A stretch of 64,000 nucleotides of DNA from Phoronis australis. Its lineage: Eukaryota; Animalia; Phoronida. Below the pieces are notes generated by a model. That model saw nothing but the letters and a program-made list of their open reading frames with translations. It did no database searches and was not told where the DNA came from. The DNA lies in NCBI GenBank assembly GCA_002633005.1, contig NMRA01000585.1, positions 2,851-66,850 on the forward strand, read 5' to 3'. Position numbers and translations under genes: made by a program. Shown here in pieces: positions 24,697-37,861 of the stretch; the stretch's first letter is position 1, and every line of letters starts with the position of its first letter.

Positions 24697-27600
24697 GTAA
24701 GTGTGATGCGGCTTCGTGATGATGCCGTACAGTCACGGTCGTTGTAAGTGTGCATATATTGTATATCAATGTAATTCCAACTGCATGTTTCCAATCTACA
24801 TAAGGGATTTCACGTGATTATTCCCTTCTCTAGGCATACTTATAAGGTTACGTAGGACCGCAGAATACCCAAATTTGGCCAACTTCAGAACACCGTGTCA
24901 CAGAAATGGCTGATCGGATCCAAACAAAAATTTCAGGTACTGTGCTTTTTGCACTATTCTTCGATGATCACGTTAGTAAAATGCCGCTCTAGTTATTCCT
25001 TTTCCATAGATCAACTGTAACAATGCCTTAGGCAACACTGCTGACTGCCTAAAGATACGGTTCTGAGTTTTTTATAGTTCCCTCTCGGAGATTTTCACAT
25101 ACATTTCTGTAACCATTTGAATAATGTCTCTTTTACAACCTTTGTAAGACATCAAAAAATAACTTCGTATTTTTCTCTCGGAAAAGTGCTCTAAAACCTA
25201 TCCCTTTATTTTGAGTGAATAAATCGTTGTATTCTCATGCCAAATACAGACCCAAAAATGGATAAATAACTTGTTTTTTGACAGAAAGCACGAGATTCTA
25301 ATGCTTCAAATGTGATGTTATCTGGTCGTAAACACCAGTGAGTAGTTGTTAGCGTTCTGACGTACGGATCCATTTTCCGTCCCTGGAGTAACTACCCATG
25401 AATAATGCCGCAAAGGGATTTCTAATTAGACATGTGGTTCGTTGTTGCTAGGACTATACTCTCATGTTGGTTAAACGAAGAAGTAGAGAAAGGGAAACAG
25501 TGTATCCAGCCCCAATTGAATTCTGAATATATTTCTGTTCATAGCGGACGACACTAAAGGTGTCGATATCAGCGGTCGTCACGCCGAACCCCCTCCTTTG
25601 TTCCCTACTGTCGCCGCTATACAGCACTGGTGATTCTAATAAGTTGACCTATGTCTGAATTAACCTTGATATTTTTATCGCACCGTGAAAAGTAAAGGGA
25701 GGTAAGTTAGAATACTTGAGCTGGCTGGTGTTGAATACTGAACTAAACTGTTACAATGGGCTCCCCGTCAATTCAGTGGCTTTACAATAATCACCTGTAT
25801 AGTACAGTGCGCAGACGGTAAACACAATCTCCCAGAGTTGAAAGGGACTTTATAGTTGACCGAGCCCAGATCACCGCTGCACTTGTCACAAGTGGCCTTA
25901 ATTGCCGTCGGTTCCGCAGGCGAGAAAATGTCAAAAATGTGAAATTCTAAACTTCTGATATGTTTCATCAAACGCTGCCTTCTACAACATACCTGAACTT
26001 GGATTATTTAACAATGGTCTGGGTCTTTATTTAATCTATGCTTTAATTCATATGTACATTATGCACCGCAAACTTAACGCTGACCCGTCAAATCGAGATA
26101 TTGCACGGAAGATTCATTACCCCTGCGCCCGTAAGAATGGGCATGAGCTGTCTTCAACATATCTCTCGTGGCACTTTTTATTGCCCATCTTTCCAGATCG
26201 AGATTAGTATTTTATCTTCATGTTATTTTTACACTCATATTTCTGTACCTTATCAGTCATAATAAATGACCTTATATCGCCTATACACGGTCTCCTTTGT
26301 ATCTCTGGAAACGGAGCTTGCGACGCACCTATTATTTTCGGGACATATTCCGAACATAAATTGCTCTCTTGCAACCTCACTCTCATTAAACTATACAGAA
26401 AAATATGATGCAATACAAACAGCGCTCCAAAAGCCCTTTATTGTTTATTTTTGTCATCCCCTTGTCAAGCGGCTAACAAAGAATTGCACTTTTTGTAAAT
26501 TTTTCTCAGTGATGTGTTTTTTTTTTCAGCGTGGATCGGTTCACTGGCAACAGGGTTCACTTTCCTCATGTCTCCTGTGGCGGCCATCTTGGCAGATAGA
26601 TTTGGAATCCGACCAGTGGCATCTTTGGGCGCCATATTGAGCACTGTAGGTTTACTATCCAGTTCGTTTGTAACGCGCCTGGAGCTTCTTTACCTTACTT
26701 ACGGTACCCTCCTTGGATTCGGTTCAGCTTTCACGTACATAACTTCAATAATTGTGCTCGGGAAATATTTTGATAAACGTCTTGGCTTGGCGAATGGATT
26801 TGCAACGTTTGGTACAGCGGCGTTCGTGACAATTATGCCGTTTGTTATGAAGCAATCTTTGGTCCATGTTGGACTCAAGTACACGTTTCTGCTGCTGGCC
26901 GGCATTCATTCTACAACGTTTCTTTGTACACTAACTTACAGACCATTGCAGGATCATCAGCGGGCACGATTCGTGTCCAGCGCAAGCTTGAATGACTCTT
27001 GGGAATGCACAAGACGTTTAAGAAAGTTCCTCAACGTGAGAATTTGGAGAAACAGAAATTATTTGATATGGGCAATCGCCATGTTCATTTCCTTTATGGG
27101 TTACAACATCTTACTTGTTCACCTGGTGAGTCTTTCAGGGAGCACGGCAACCGCAATCTTGTCTTGTAAGGTGTTAAGGTGGACTGCCGGTGGATACGTA
27201 TGACAGTTACGTAATATACACGCCTTCCCCTGCCCAGACACAAGGAGAAAAATGCGGGAAATTCCAAAATTTTCGTTTGTCCACCACATCAATGTTCAAA
27301 AACACTTGTGCTGAACAGGTCTACAAATTTCATCCTGTAACACTACAACCCACGCTCGTTCGATACAAAGTTCGCCCGTTTCCGTGTGGCGTTTTCGTGT
27401 AAATTATGATGTTGTAAGGAAAATGACGAATATTAGAGAGGTTTCGCAAAGCGACGTGAACGTGAATCATAACGCATACGTAATTGCGCGTGCCGATTCA
27501 CGTTACAGTAACAAAAATGGAATTCGCAACACCTATTCTGGGAACGTGACAGGAAACGCGTACTGAATAACTGAGCTCAGGGTGTCCAGTTATCGTAGTA

Positions 27601-30600
27601 CATATCCGCTAGTTAGAAAGATATGTTGAATATGAAAAAAGTCGTTTCTGCGCACTCAAAATGGTCATCTCTTAGAATATGAAATTTATTTTGAATTTAA
27701 AATAAAACGGTGCATTTAAATTAAGCATGTAAAAAATCAACAACACAAAATCATATCTGTTAAAAACCCATTTTAGTTCGATGATATCCAGAGGACCGCG
27801 GCAGAATAAGCATTTCGGAAAACTGCTTTCTTGCAACCAAACTTTGAGAACATTTATAGACAAAAAATCGTGTTAATTTTTTACTGACGCAAAACTGAGA
27901 ATCCTATCAAAATAAAAATCTTTTCGATGTATTGCCAAATAAGATTTAAAAGGGCCACAAGTTTCCCGTTTAAAGCGACGCGAATGTACCTGTATTCACG
28001 TAAAATACTCAAACACCATAGAGATTACGTCAAAGGAAACAGTGACATGTGTAACGCGGTATTATGAATGCGTGATAATTACCGTGCTTTGCGAGACCTC
28101 TGTTGTTTCGAATGAGTGTCATTCAATCTGTCAATTAACAAAATATGAAAAAGCCTTGCGTTGGCAATTGCCGTAAAAATTAGGTGGCAATCCCACCACA
28201 TGAAATGTTCAGTCAAAACACTAACCTGCAATAATTTTATAATCGTATTACATTGGGTGAATTTTCGTTGTCCGGAAATGCACTTTTAGAATTGTCAAAG
28301 CCGGGAAACACGGTTGCAACAAATATGAGTTAAACAAAAACCTTTCGTCATTTCCAAAAAATGGACAGCGCCGCTCAAGATATGGTCGTGTGGCAGTTCC
28401 CACATGGGAAGGGGTCTGTGAGGAAGGGGGCCCACCGACTCGAGATAGCCTGAACGGTCATGTGTGACGACTGCAAGTGGATAGGAGAGTCTCGTTATGT
28501 GATATTGAGTCGGGACGAATGATCAGCTCAGTATGTGACCTGTTCAGGCCAGGCCTAATCTCGTCAGGTATTTGGTCATATCAGTTATCTTGACACTGAA
28601 CTGGACTTTTTTGAAGATACCGCTAACATCGCCTGCTATACATTACATGATTGTACGCTGTTTTATCTTATAGGTTCAGTTCGCCAAGGAAACCTTTGAA
28701 GAAGAAAATAACGAGATTTTAGTCACGTGTCTGGGAATCTCTTCTGGTGTAGGGCGTCTTTCAGCGGGAAAATTAGCAGATTTTAGAAAAATAAGTCGTG
28801 TTCGACTACTCCAGTGTTCCTTTGTAGGCATTGGAATAATGACCGTAACTTTACCATTTTCCACGTACTTTGGAGTGCTGGTTGCGCTTATACTAATTTT
28901 GGGAATCTTTGATGGCTGCATGATATGTCTCGTGTCGCCAGTTGCTTATGAACTCGTTGGGGCTAAAAATGCTTCGCAAGCTATTGGATTCATTAACGGA
29001 GTAATTGCCCTACCCATGATGATTGGACCTCCCATTGCAGGTAACTATTTATCGAACCAGTCTCAAAACGGCAACCTTGCAAAGAGACATTATACGTTTT
29101 ACGGCCGCAAGTGCGTTTTGGGGATTGTTTGTTGGGTGGGATAGACTTTCTGAAGTAATAAGCTTTCAACAGAGCTACAAAACACGATAGGCCTACTACG
29201 TTGTTTTTGGGATTTTAGAACAAAGTGCCAATTCTCGCCGTTGACTGCCAGACATTCGCTAAGTCAAGGCCGCTTACTTTTCCAGTTTAATAAGTTTTAA
29301 ATACTCTACCATTTATGGGGTGGAATTTGGGCTCCACCAGCAGAACGATAGACTGCAACTGCTGGGTTCGATCCTGCGCTGAGTCTTCTCTCACAAAATC
29401 ACTTTTATCTCCGATAATATAGCTTTAACAGTGTTAACAGACAGTGCATGCGACCTAATAACTTTAGCGGCAGAAGGTCCCGGATTCGAGTCCCGGTTGG
29501 GGCAAAAATCATTTCAGACTTATATTCATTAGGTCACATTATGTGGCCACAGGTGACATCTTATCAGACTTAGACATGTTTGCATACACATTTCCATGCT
29601 GGCTTAAACTTTTATGTATTTATTTAAAAAACTATAAAAACTTAATGCCCTAAAACTTTTGTCAAAGTCAAAAGTTTGGAGTAAATTCGAAAGCTTCATT
29701 TGCTAAATCCTTGCTAATGCAACGTGACAGAATCACTTTTGGGAAACCACCGAAACAGGATTTACTTTCCTTGAAGTGCACTTGTGAAAAGTACATTGTG
29801 TTTCCTGAATTGCAAAATCGCACAAATCTTCGCGAGATTTTGGCATGCATTGCGAGTGAAGAACGTGATAAATAGCTTTCCTCGCGAGACCACTCGAGTT
29901 CCCTTTTTAATCCTGTGTTCTTGACTAAACTTCGAAAATTGGCAAATGCCTTTGTAGCTCTGCCCACGCATTTCGGATGTTGTAGGTTCAAAAGAAGTCG
30001 TAGTACATTGACATTGCTCGCTTATTACTACTCAGCCTAACGCTGTTATACGACAGTTGACGTTACAAGTTAGTTTAGGGAAGAGTTCAGTAACACTAGG
30101 ACCTCGCTAAAAAGCAAGACTTCGCGAGATTGCCTGACATATTGCCATGTATTTTAATGAGATCACGTGATTTCGGATAGATTTCAGCGAGGTCCTAGCG
30201 CCAGTTTCTCGAGTTACTGAACTCTATCCAGGTGTTCTTGTGCAAGTTTCCTTGCACAAGCGCGAGAAATTGGGGAACATCTCGACTCCACGCCGTGCGG
30301 CGACATTTGGCCCCGGTTTTCTCCACCCAGGGGATGCAGACTGCTCTATGTTAACTTGTTTCGGCCACAAGTTTTGTCCTCCTCTTCTTATCGCCACCAT
30401 CTCCGCCCCTCCTCCCTCGGCCCCAATTCTCCGGTTCTCTGGATGTCGCAAGTTTTGTACCGAACCCCCCGTCCGCCATAGGTGGGGACAAACCTCGGGT
30501 AGGTGGTCATCAAAACTTCGAGTAGCCATGTTCCAACAACGAAAATTTCATGGGAAATGAGAATGAAGTCTACGGGCAGCGCAGGCGGATAGTTGGGATC

Positions 30601-33600
30601 TGGACTGTTTTCCTTAGGGAAGTGAACTGACACCTCGCTCCAAATGAAGGTATAAAAATACAGATTGGATGAACTAGGGCAGCTGCTGGTGGACAGCTCA
30701 GCTAAATATTTAGTCAGACAAGACAAACAGCTCAGCTCGTACCTATCTGTCTGTGCTGGCCCTAAGGTCAAGATTTGTGTTAATATGGTCCAATATGGGT
30801 CATATTTCCCTTGAAGGTATATTTTGAAAGGGGTGGCCTTCCGGGTTCCCTAGAAGGCTATACGTCCCCCTTTGGGGCTGTTTCAAAACCCCTTGTTAAA
30901 ACACGGGTAGCTCAATTTCTGGTGGCTGGGAACAAATGCACAACTCAGTTCCTGTAGATCAGATTCTGCGCTGTGAAAGTGGGTACGTGAGCCATCACGT
31001 GCTCTGTATGCACGGAAATGGCAAACAAGAGGCTCAGTTTTAAAGAACGAAACATATGCGCACCCAGCCTAAAAATGGGGGGCTCGAATTTTTGAGATTG
31101 TGGACCTTTTACTAAAAAATGGGGTACGCTCTGAATTGTGCATTTTTGTCTCGTTTTCCAGTTTTTTTTGGACTTTTTGTTTCTCCGAGGAGGACATTTT
31201 TGCTCACTTCGCCAATGGGGGGCATGCGCGCATGCGAAAATTTATTGCTCCAACCGTAAGTACGCTCAACCGAAATCATAGACGTCAGCCTACAAAAATT
31301 GTAATTGCTTGTAGGAAAAGGACGTCGTTCATAAGAAACGATTTGTGATTTGTAAGAAAGCAGTAAAATTCATGAAAAAGAGAAAGCTTTAATGAGAAAA
31401 TCAGTGAAGCTGATAATGAGAATGCTCACGCGTATGGAGACAGGAAAACCATGCACAGGCATGTGACTGTGGTTACCACATGACACAAGTGCACCACAGG
31501 CACTCTCGTCAGCAGCTGGCTGTTATACTTGTTATAGAATCATACGAGCGGCTGATTAAAGGTGCCTGTGAGTGCACCGTCACGATTTTGGCGTTGTTTC
31601 CAAGCAAAAGCAAACACGTGTTGGCGCTTAGTCTGTACATCTCGCTTCGGACACAACTTGCATCTTATTTCAGTTGTTGAGCATGTTATTTATTTTTGCG
31701 TTGTAGGTTTCATGCACGACGTCTTTGGCAATTATGATGCTGCGTTCTGGCTGGCTGGAGCGCCATGTTTCTTAGGGGCAACCCTACTGTTTTTGATTCC
31801 ACCCAAAGATCACGAAGTAGTCGAGATGCAAGAGATGTTAGTCACAACGGTCGAAGGTGAGCACAACGATAATCCTGCTAGCGGTTTCGATTCCTGGTTG
31901 AGCAGTAGTCATTGCTTATTAATACTGGGTTCACATGAGCGAACGCGAAAACGCGAATACCTTTCTGCTTGTTGAGCTATTCTTATTTATGAAGCACCTA
32001 AGGGTTCTTAAACGAGTACCTTTCTGCGCGTTGAAATGTTCTTAATCTACGCGTACTTTGCTTAATCTACGCGTACTTTTAGTTCTTTTAAGAACTAAAG
32101 GTTTAAAAACGGCCATCATTCTGCTCTTAGTGTGTGATTAGACTAATCACTTCATAAAGTCCAATCACGCCCGTGCTCTCAAATTAATTGATTAAGAACA
32201 GAACGGAACTAAAGGTTTAAAAACGGCCATCATTCTGCTCTTAGTGTGTGATATATTAGACTAATCAGTTCATAAAGTCCAATCACGCCCGTGCTCTCAA
32301 ATTAATTGATTAAGAACAGAACGATCATCGTTAAGAACTAAAATTACGCGTAGATTAAGCAAAAGTACGCGTAAATTAAGCAAACGTATATGAAGCGCCA
32401 AAGGGTTCTTAAACGAATACCTTTCTGCGCGTAGAAATGTGCATAATCTACTCGTACTTTATACTTATTCAACGCGTACTGTTGCTTAAGCAACGCGCTG
32501 AATTAGTTATTCAACACATTGAATTGGTTCTTGAACGAATGTCATTCACCTCTTATCCAACGTGCATTGTTGCTTGTTCAACGCGTACTGTTGCTTATTC
32601 AACGCGCTTTTTTGTTGTGTTCGACCAAAGACAACTTTACCTTCACAGAAGAAATATTGCCCTTGGACATTGGTCTTGCATGCATGTAGAAAGTTTTCCG
32701 CCGTATTGAGATTTTATTTGAGAGCACGGCACGAGTGGACTATATGAACTGGTAAAAGTACGGGTTGTATAAGTAACAGTATGCGTTGAATAAGCAATTC
32801 TGCGCTTTCAATAAGCGCATTTCAACGCTCAGAATGGTACTCATTCAAGAACCCTTCACTACCTAGTAACCTAACTTAAGTCGCAACGTCCTACTGGGCT
32901 GCCTTCCATAAACGCAAGAATTTAGCGAAATCATAAGAACACGCAAAACTTCGCGAGATATGTATTACAAGCGAAAAACGTGGTCACTCTAGCGTTATTC
33001 GCGAAATCCGCACTTACACGGAATTCAACCTAAAGTAACCTTCCCCGTAGTTTCCTGACGAAAAGCGAGATTACGCAAGACCATGCAAAATCACGCGAAT
33101 GAAAGGCGAGGCTACTCCGCGAATATTCTCTAGGCTCTAGCTATATTGAAATGTACTCTGGGAAAATGTGTAGAATGTTCTCGATACCTTATATGCGTAA
33201 TCTTACGGCCACCGGAGTGATTGGTCGGTGAATTTGGAATGTTGAGTTATGGGAAATCAGTATTGTTGGATAATATTCACCGTATTCGTTTCATAAGCAA
33301 AGATTCGTCGGTGCAAGGTGGTGGCTGCTATATTGGGTCTACGCAACGCATCATCTGATTCTGGTTTAGACGACTAGTTTCCACAATGTATGCACTAGGA
33401 TGCGCACGCATCGATTTTCATAATGAACAACACGCACGTCTCCCAAAAATCCCTTAGAGGAACTAGAGCAGGAAGCTGCAAAATACGCAAATACGTGCAA
33501 GGATGGAAATTAAACAGGCATTTCATTCTTGATTACGGCCCAAACATAAAAATCATAAAATAAGCTGATCAATTCAGATCAGCTGGTGTCTGAAAACAGG

Positions 33601-34097
33601 ACGATTTGATAGACATATGGCTGGTATGAAGGGGTCGGATTTTGGAATGGAAAGTTAATCTTGTTTTTCTGAGGATGGAAGCCGTTGTGTGGATTGAAAC
33701 CTTTTAGTACAATTGGTTTAACAGTTTTTGTTTCAAGTAATGAGCACGAAGGAAATATATTCAAATATCATCCGCTTTAAAAGGGCGGGTCTATGATTTG
33801 TAACATGGCTCGAATGGGCCTGCGTTGTGTTAATACTTTCGGTTAAACGAATAAAGCAGTACCTTCGGTCACCTTTCAGTCTATTGGTGCACCCATGTAG
33901 TCTACCTGGCTATGAAAGACTCTTGTTGTGAGATAGTTAACACCAAACGGAAAGATATTCCATTTACTTTAGAAATTCATTGCTGTATTTACTCTATCTT
34001 CGTTTTAGACAAGGACATAGAGCGTGGTGAATCAACGAGCAAGTCGTCAGACCGTGAGAAAGAGCCTGTTGATGCTGAAAGAAATGCGTTGCTATAA
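24465..34097 (+). CDS. SLC16 MCT10/MCT8-like transporter, copy 2 (exons 24465-24696, 26530-27125, 28674-29040, 31707-31856, 34009-34097; ~477 aa)
   Basis: PEGGWGWVV..FWCNG, DRFGIRP, GVGRLSAG, GIFDG, GPPIAG, HD.FGNYDAAFW; same intron phases as copy 1; 1434-nt spliced ORF. Confidence 0.88.
26163..26361 (+). repeat. Dispersed ~200-bp repeat, copy B
   Basis: Homologous to 1981-2173. Confidence 0.75.
26530..27125 (+). CDS. Copy 2 coding exon 2
   Basis: tttcag|CG TGG; ends CACCTG|GTGAGT. Confidence 0.92.
27435..28103. mobile_element. PIF/Harbinger-like MITE, copy 1 (~670 bp)
   Basis: Starts AGAGAGGTTTCGCAAAGCGACGTGAAC, ends gctttgcgagacctct; colinear with 34834-35508. Confidence 0.65.
28674..29040 (+). 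CDS. Copy 2 coding exon 3 (367 nt)
   Basis: ttatag|GTTCAG...GCAG|GTAACT. Confidence 0.92.
30082..30225. mobile_element. Short MITE with AGAGTTCAGTAAC terminal inverted repeats
   Basis: agagttcagtaacactaggacctcgct ... agcgaggtcctag..gttactgaactct; related degenerate pieces near 17946-18120 and 42425-42443. Confidence 0.6.
31050..31235 (+). repeat. Dispersed repeat family B, copy 2
   Basis: See 21655-21890 and 59605-59850. Confidence 0.65.
31707..31856 (+). CDS. Copy 2 coding exon 4
   Basis: ttgtag|GT TTC ATG CAC; FMHDVFGNYDAAFWLAG; donor GAAG|GTGAGC. Confidence 0.85.
31985..32855. mobile_element. Composite MITE with AGGGTTCTT termini, internal acgcgtac subrepeats and a 115-bp tandem duplication (32092-32323)
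   Basis: agggttcttaaacga.tacc at ~32000 and 32402, inverted ggtactcattcaagaaccct at ~32836-32855; gaactaaaggtttaaaaacggcc unit repeated twice. Confidence 0.6.
34009..34097 (+). CDS. Copy 2 terminal exon ((D)KDIERGESTSKSSDREKEPVDAERNALL*)
   Basis: cgttttag|AC, phase 1 matches exon 4 donor; a homologous stop and 3' flank exist downstream of copy 3 (51400-51463). Confidence 0.72.
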
Positions 34098-34833
34098 AAG
34101 TGTCTATCCGCCATTTTCTGTTGGGGCAGGACTAAGACTACAATATCAGTGGCTGATTTTGATCTTATCATTGGCCTGTGTTAGTCAAAGCCCTTGTTAT
34201 CACAGCTGTCGCTGACACCTGAAAAAGGCGTAACTGACAGAAAGTACACTCTATGGGGTTTCTCAAAAATAAAGAAATTCAACAAAGCCATGTCTTTTTG
34301 CCTTGCTAGGTCCACCATGAAAAATCGAGATGACAAAAATGACCAATTTTGGCCATTTTTTACTTAAAATCGCTGCCCCGGAGCAAGAAACCAGACCATC
34401 ATCCGAGTGCTCTTTCACTCTAAATTCCAAGAATTTAGGTTAAAATATGTCACTACAAACCTGAGATTTTTGATAATTTCCTCTTGTCTGGAGAGTACCT
34501 GGATTCGTGCCAAGAATTAAAAACTCAACAAGGATGTGGTCTAGCACAGGCCAAATTTCTGGACTCAGTTTACACAAAACAATTACTGAATACCATTTGT
34601 GGCAATCACTTCCCATTTAGTTCACAAAACTGCTGTCAAATTCGACGCACTCCGTTTTCTTCATTTATTGGCAACTAATGTGGCCTTAGGCCGCATTACA
34701 GTCAATACGGGGGTGGGGGCGTGCGCCTGTTGAGTTTAAATGCTTGTAGCCATTTTGGTTCAGACGCTTTTAAACTCTGTTTTAATAAAACCAAAAGTAA
34801 TCATATACGTTTAGACGTGTTTTCTACGCCAAT

Positions 34834-35508
34834 AGAAAGGTTTCGCAAAGCGACGTGAACAAGAATTATGGCGCATACGTAATTGCGCGTGCCGATTCAC
34901 GTTACGGTAACAAAAATGGGTTTCCCAACAGCTTGATTTTTACGCGAACGTGAAAGTAAGCGTAAACTGTAACTGAGCTCAGGGTGTCCAGTTAACGTAG
35001 TACATAGCCGCTAGATAGAAATATATGTTGAATGTGAAAAAGTCGTTTCTACGAACGCTTGCGAAAAATGGCCAACTCATAGAATGCGAAATTTATTTGG
35101 AGTTTAACATAAATAGATGCATGAACAAAACAAAATTATATCTGTTAAAAATCCATTCTAGTTCGATGATGTCCAACGAAATCGGGTAGAATAAGGATTT
35201 TGGAAAAAGTGCTTTCTTGCAACTAAACTTTAAGATCATTTATAGACATGAGAATATTGTTCATTTTATACTGAAGCAAAGAAGAAAGATGGAGAACCCT
35301 ATCAAAATAAAAACCTTTTCGATGTCTTACCAAATAGGAATTAAAAAGGGGCCACAGGTTTCGCATTTAAAGCGACGCGAATCTCCCTGTATTCGCGTAA
35401 AATACTCTAACACTATGGGGATAACGTCACAGCCAACAGTGGCGTGTAAGACGTGGTATTTATAAATGCGTGATAATTCACGTTCACGTCGCTTTGCGAA
35501 AGCTCTCT
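34834..35508. mobile_element. PIF/Harbinger-like MITE, copy 2
   Basis: TIR AGAAAGGTTTCGCAAAGCGACGTGAAC / GTTCACGTCGCTTTGCGAAAGCTCTCT, flanked by AAT/ATT. Confidence 0.7.
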
Positions 35509-35887
35509 ATTACACGAGTGGGGGTGGGGGCACGGGAGCCGGCTGGTGTTACGGAAACGGCCAAAAGAAGCGCCGCCTTCAAGTCCCTTTCCAGTTTTTC
35601 GCGAATGTTTTACGTTAGGAAATTATTGTTACCTCGCACCCCGCCTTGTCCTGTTAGTGTTTTAGTCGGCACTTAGTCGCTTTTAGGGTAACTGATTACT
35701 ATTCCGGATACGAACTTCATGTTTTCGAATCCGTACTTTATGTTTGTAGATAAATAATTCCTGCCAAACGTCACTGATTCATATTTCTTTTTCAAGCCTG
35801 CGTTTGAACTGAAGCTAATTTAGTTATACACAACTCTAGTACCAGAATCACGTTTTGTTGTTATCAAATTTGTTGTATCATACGTAA

Positions 35888-37808
35888 CATAGGCGGATTT
35901 AGGGGGGCCCAAGGGGCCCGCCCCCACCCCCCTTTGGCTGCCGCAAAAAAANNNNNNNNNNNNNNNNNNNNNNNNNNNNNNNNNNNNNNNNNNNNNNNNN
36001 NNNNNNNNNNNNNNNNNNNNNNNNNNNNNNNNNNNNNNNNNNNNNNNNNNNNNNNNNNNNNNNNNNNNNNNNNNNNNNNNNNNNNNNNNNNNNNNNNNNN
36101 NNNNNNNNNNNNNNNNNNNNNNNNNNNNNNNNNNNNNNNNNNNNNNNNNNNNNNNNNNNNNNNNNNNNNNNNNNNNNNNNNNNNNNNNNNNNNNNNNNNN
36201 NNNNNNNNNNNNNNNNNNNNNNNNNNNNNNNNNNNNNNNNNNNNNNNNNNNNNNNNNNNNNNNNNNNNNNNNNNNNNNNNNNNNNNNNNNNNNNNNNNNN
36301 NNNNNNNNNNNNNNNNNNNNNNNNNNNNNNNNNNNNNNNNNNNNNNNNNNNNNNNNNNNNNNNNNNNNNNNNNNNNNNNNNNNNNNNNNNNNNNNNNNNN
36401 NNNNNNNNNNNNNNNNNNNNNNNNNNNNNNNNNNNNNNNNNNNNNNNNNNNNNNNNNNNNNNNNNNNNNNNNNNNNNNNNNNNNNNNNNNNNNNNNNNNN
36501 NNNNNNNNNNNNNNNNNNNNNNNNNNNNNNNNNNNNNNNNNNNNNNNNNNNNNNNNNNNNNNNNNNNNNNNNNNNNNNNNNNNNNNNNNNNNNNNNNNNN
36601 NNNNNNNNNNNNNNNNNNNNNNNNNNNNNNNNNNNNNNNNNNNNNNNNNNNNNNNNNNNNNNNNNNNNNNNNNNNNNNNNNNNNNNNNNNNNNNNNNNNN
36701 NNNNNNNNNNNNNNNNNNNNNNNNNNNNNNNNNNNNNNNNNNNNNNNNNNNNNNNNNNNNNNNNNNNNNNNNNNNNNNNNNNNNNNNNCGCTGCGTTCTT
36801 CACACGAACGAGCCAAGTACGGCGAAGTGTGTCATCCATCGGAAAGCGATGCAAAGGTACTCCCAAAGCGCGCGTGAGCCGATAATTAATACATCCTGGT
36901 ACGCAGCAACAGTGTGGCATGTTGACTGACTAGTAAATGAAAGCAAACGACGACGGAACTTAACACAACCGAGGTAGAACAATGACTGACTCGGCAGCTC
37001 TCACAGTCAGACAATATGAAAAGAAATTGGCGCGAAATGCTTGCCTCCTAAAACGTCACTTCCGGAGTAGCGGACGAGTAATTAATAAAATTACGAAAAG
37101 CTGTAATTAAGTGGAATATATGTCTAGGATAACCAACCAACCTTATTTTAGCTCAAAATGACATGGAAAAAGGTTGCCTTCACCTTTAATTAACCCCGGT
37201 AATTAAAATTATACGGCTGAAACAAGATTTAAATGTGTGCAGTTTTAGTGTTTGGGGGGGGGGGGTTGGGGGCTCAGATCCAATTTCAAGTGTCAAATTC
37301 GGAACAGGGCGCATTCGTAACGGAACTATGGCTAAGTATAAGCTCTCCCGCGATATCCCAGGCGACCGGCAGAGGCGCTGCGTACTACGACTCCGTTTCC
37401 GTCGTCTGCTCCACTGTGCAATGAAGAAAATTTACTTCATTTTTTAAAGAAAATGGAACCTGAGTGACGATGAAAAAACAGAAACTGCTGATAAGATGTC
37501 AATTTTAATCGTGAATTGGTGAATCACTCAGAAACTCATAATTCTCTCTTTGTCAAACCTTAACTTAAGACGATTTCCAAAGCAATCCCGTCATTGCCAA
37601 CACGAAAAACGGAATTGGTGTTTTTTTTGCCTTTTTTTCTTGGATAATAGTTCAGGAATCAAGGAAAATGCTTTATTTTTAAAGGAAAAAACAGAAAAGT
37701 TTCTTGGGCGGGAGGGGGGTGCTACGCATCTACAATCGTGGGGGGCGTAAATGCTTACAGCCGTACAAAATGTTTGGCCCCCCTTGTGATATCCTAGATC
37801 CGCCACTG
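35888..37808. mobile_element. hAT-like element with 5-bp TSD, spanning a gap and hosting a nested THAP element
   Basis: CGTAA|CATAGGCGGATTTAGG ... CCTAGATCCGCCACTG|CGTAA. Confidence 0.6.
36789..37185 (-). mobile_element. Kolobok-type element 5' end with THAP zinc-finger ORF start (36920 toward the gap)
   Basis: MPHCCCVPGCINYR...PLHRFPMDDTLRRTWL is the THAP N-terminal signature (CxxxxC, HxFP, W); terminus GTTGCCTTCACCT|TTAA. Confidence 0.8.
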
Positions 37809-37861
37809 CGTAATAACAACACAACTGGCCATTACGCTGCGCGCGCTTCTGTTTTTGTAGC

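Noticed and set aside
29345-29505. Two B-box-like motifs (GGTTCGATCC, GGATTCGAGTCCC)
   Set aside because: No complete cloverleaf or A box; likely SINE-head fragments, not tRNA genes
30224-30771. Overlapping 100-127 aa ORFs in a GC-richer intronic patch
   Set aside because: No recognisable domain or splice support; probably repeat-derived
31857-31975. Read-through C-terminus of copy 2 (..EHNDNPASGFDSW..SAC*)
   Set aside because: A GTGAGC donor conserved in copy 3 and a phase-matched downstream exon make splicing more likely; it cannot be excluded as an isoform
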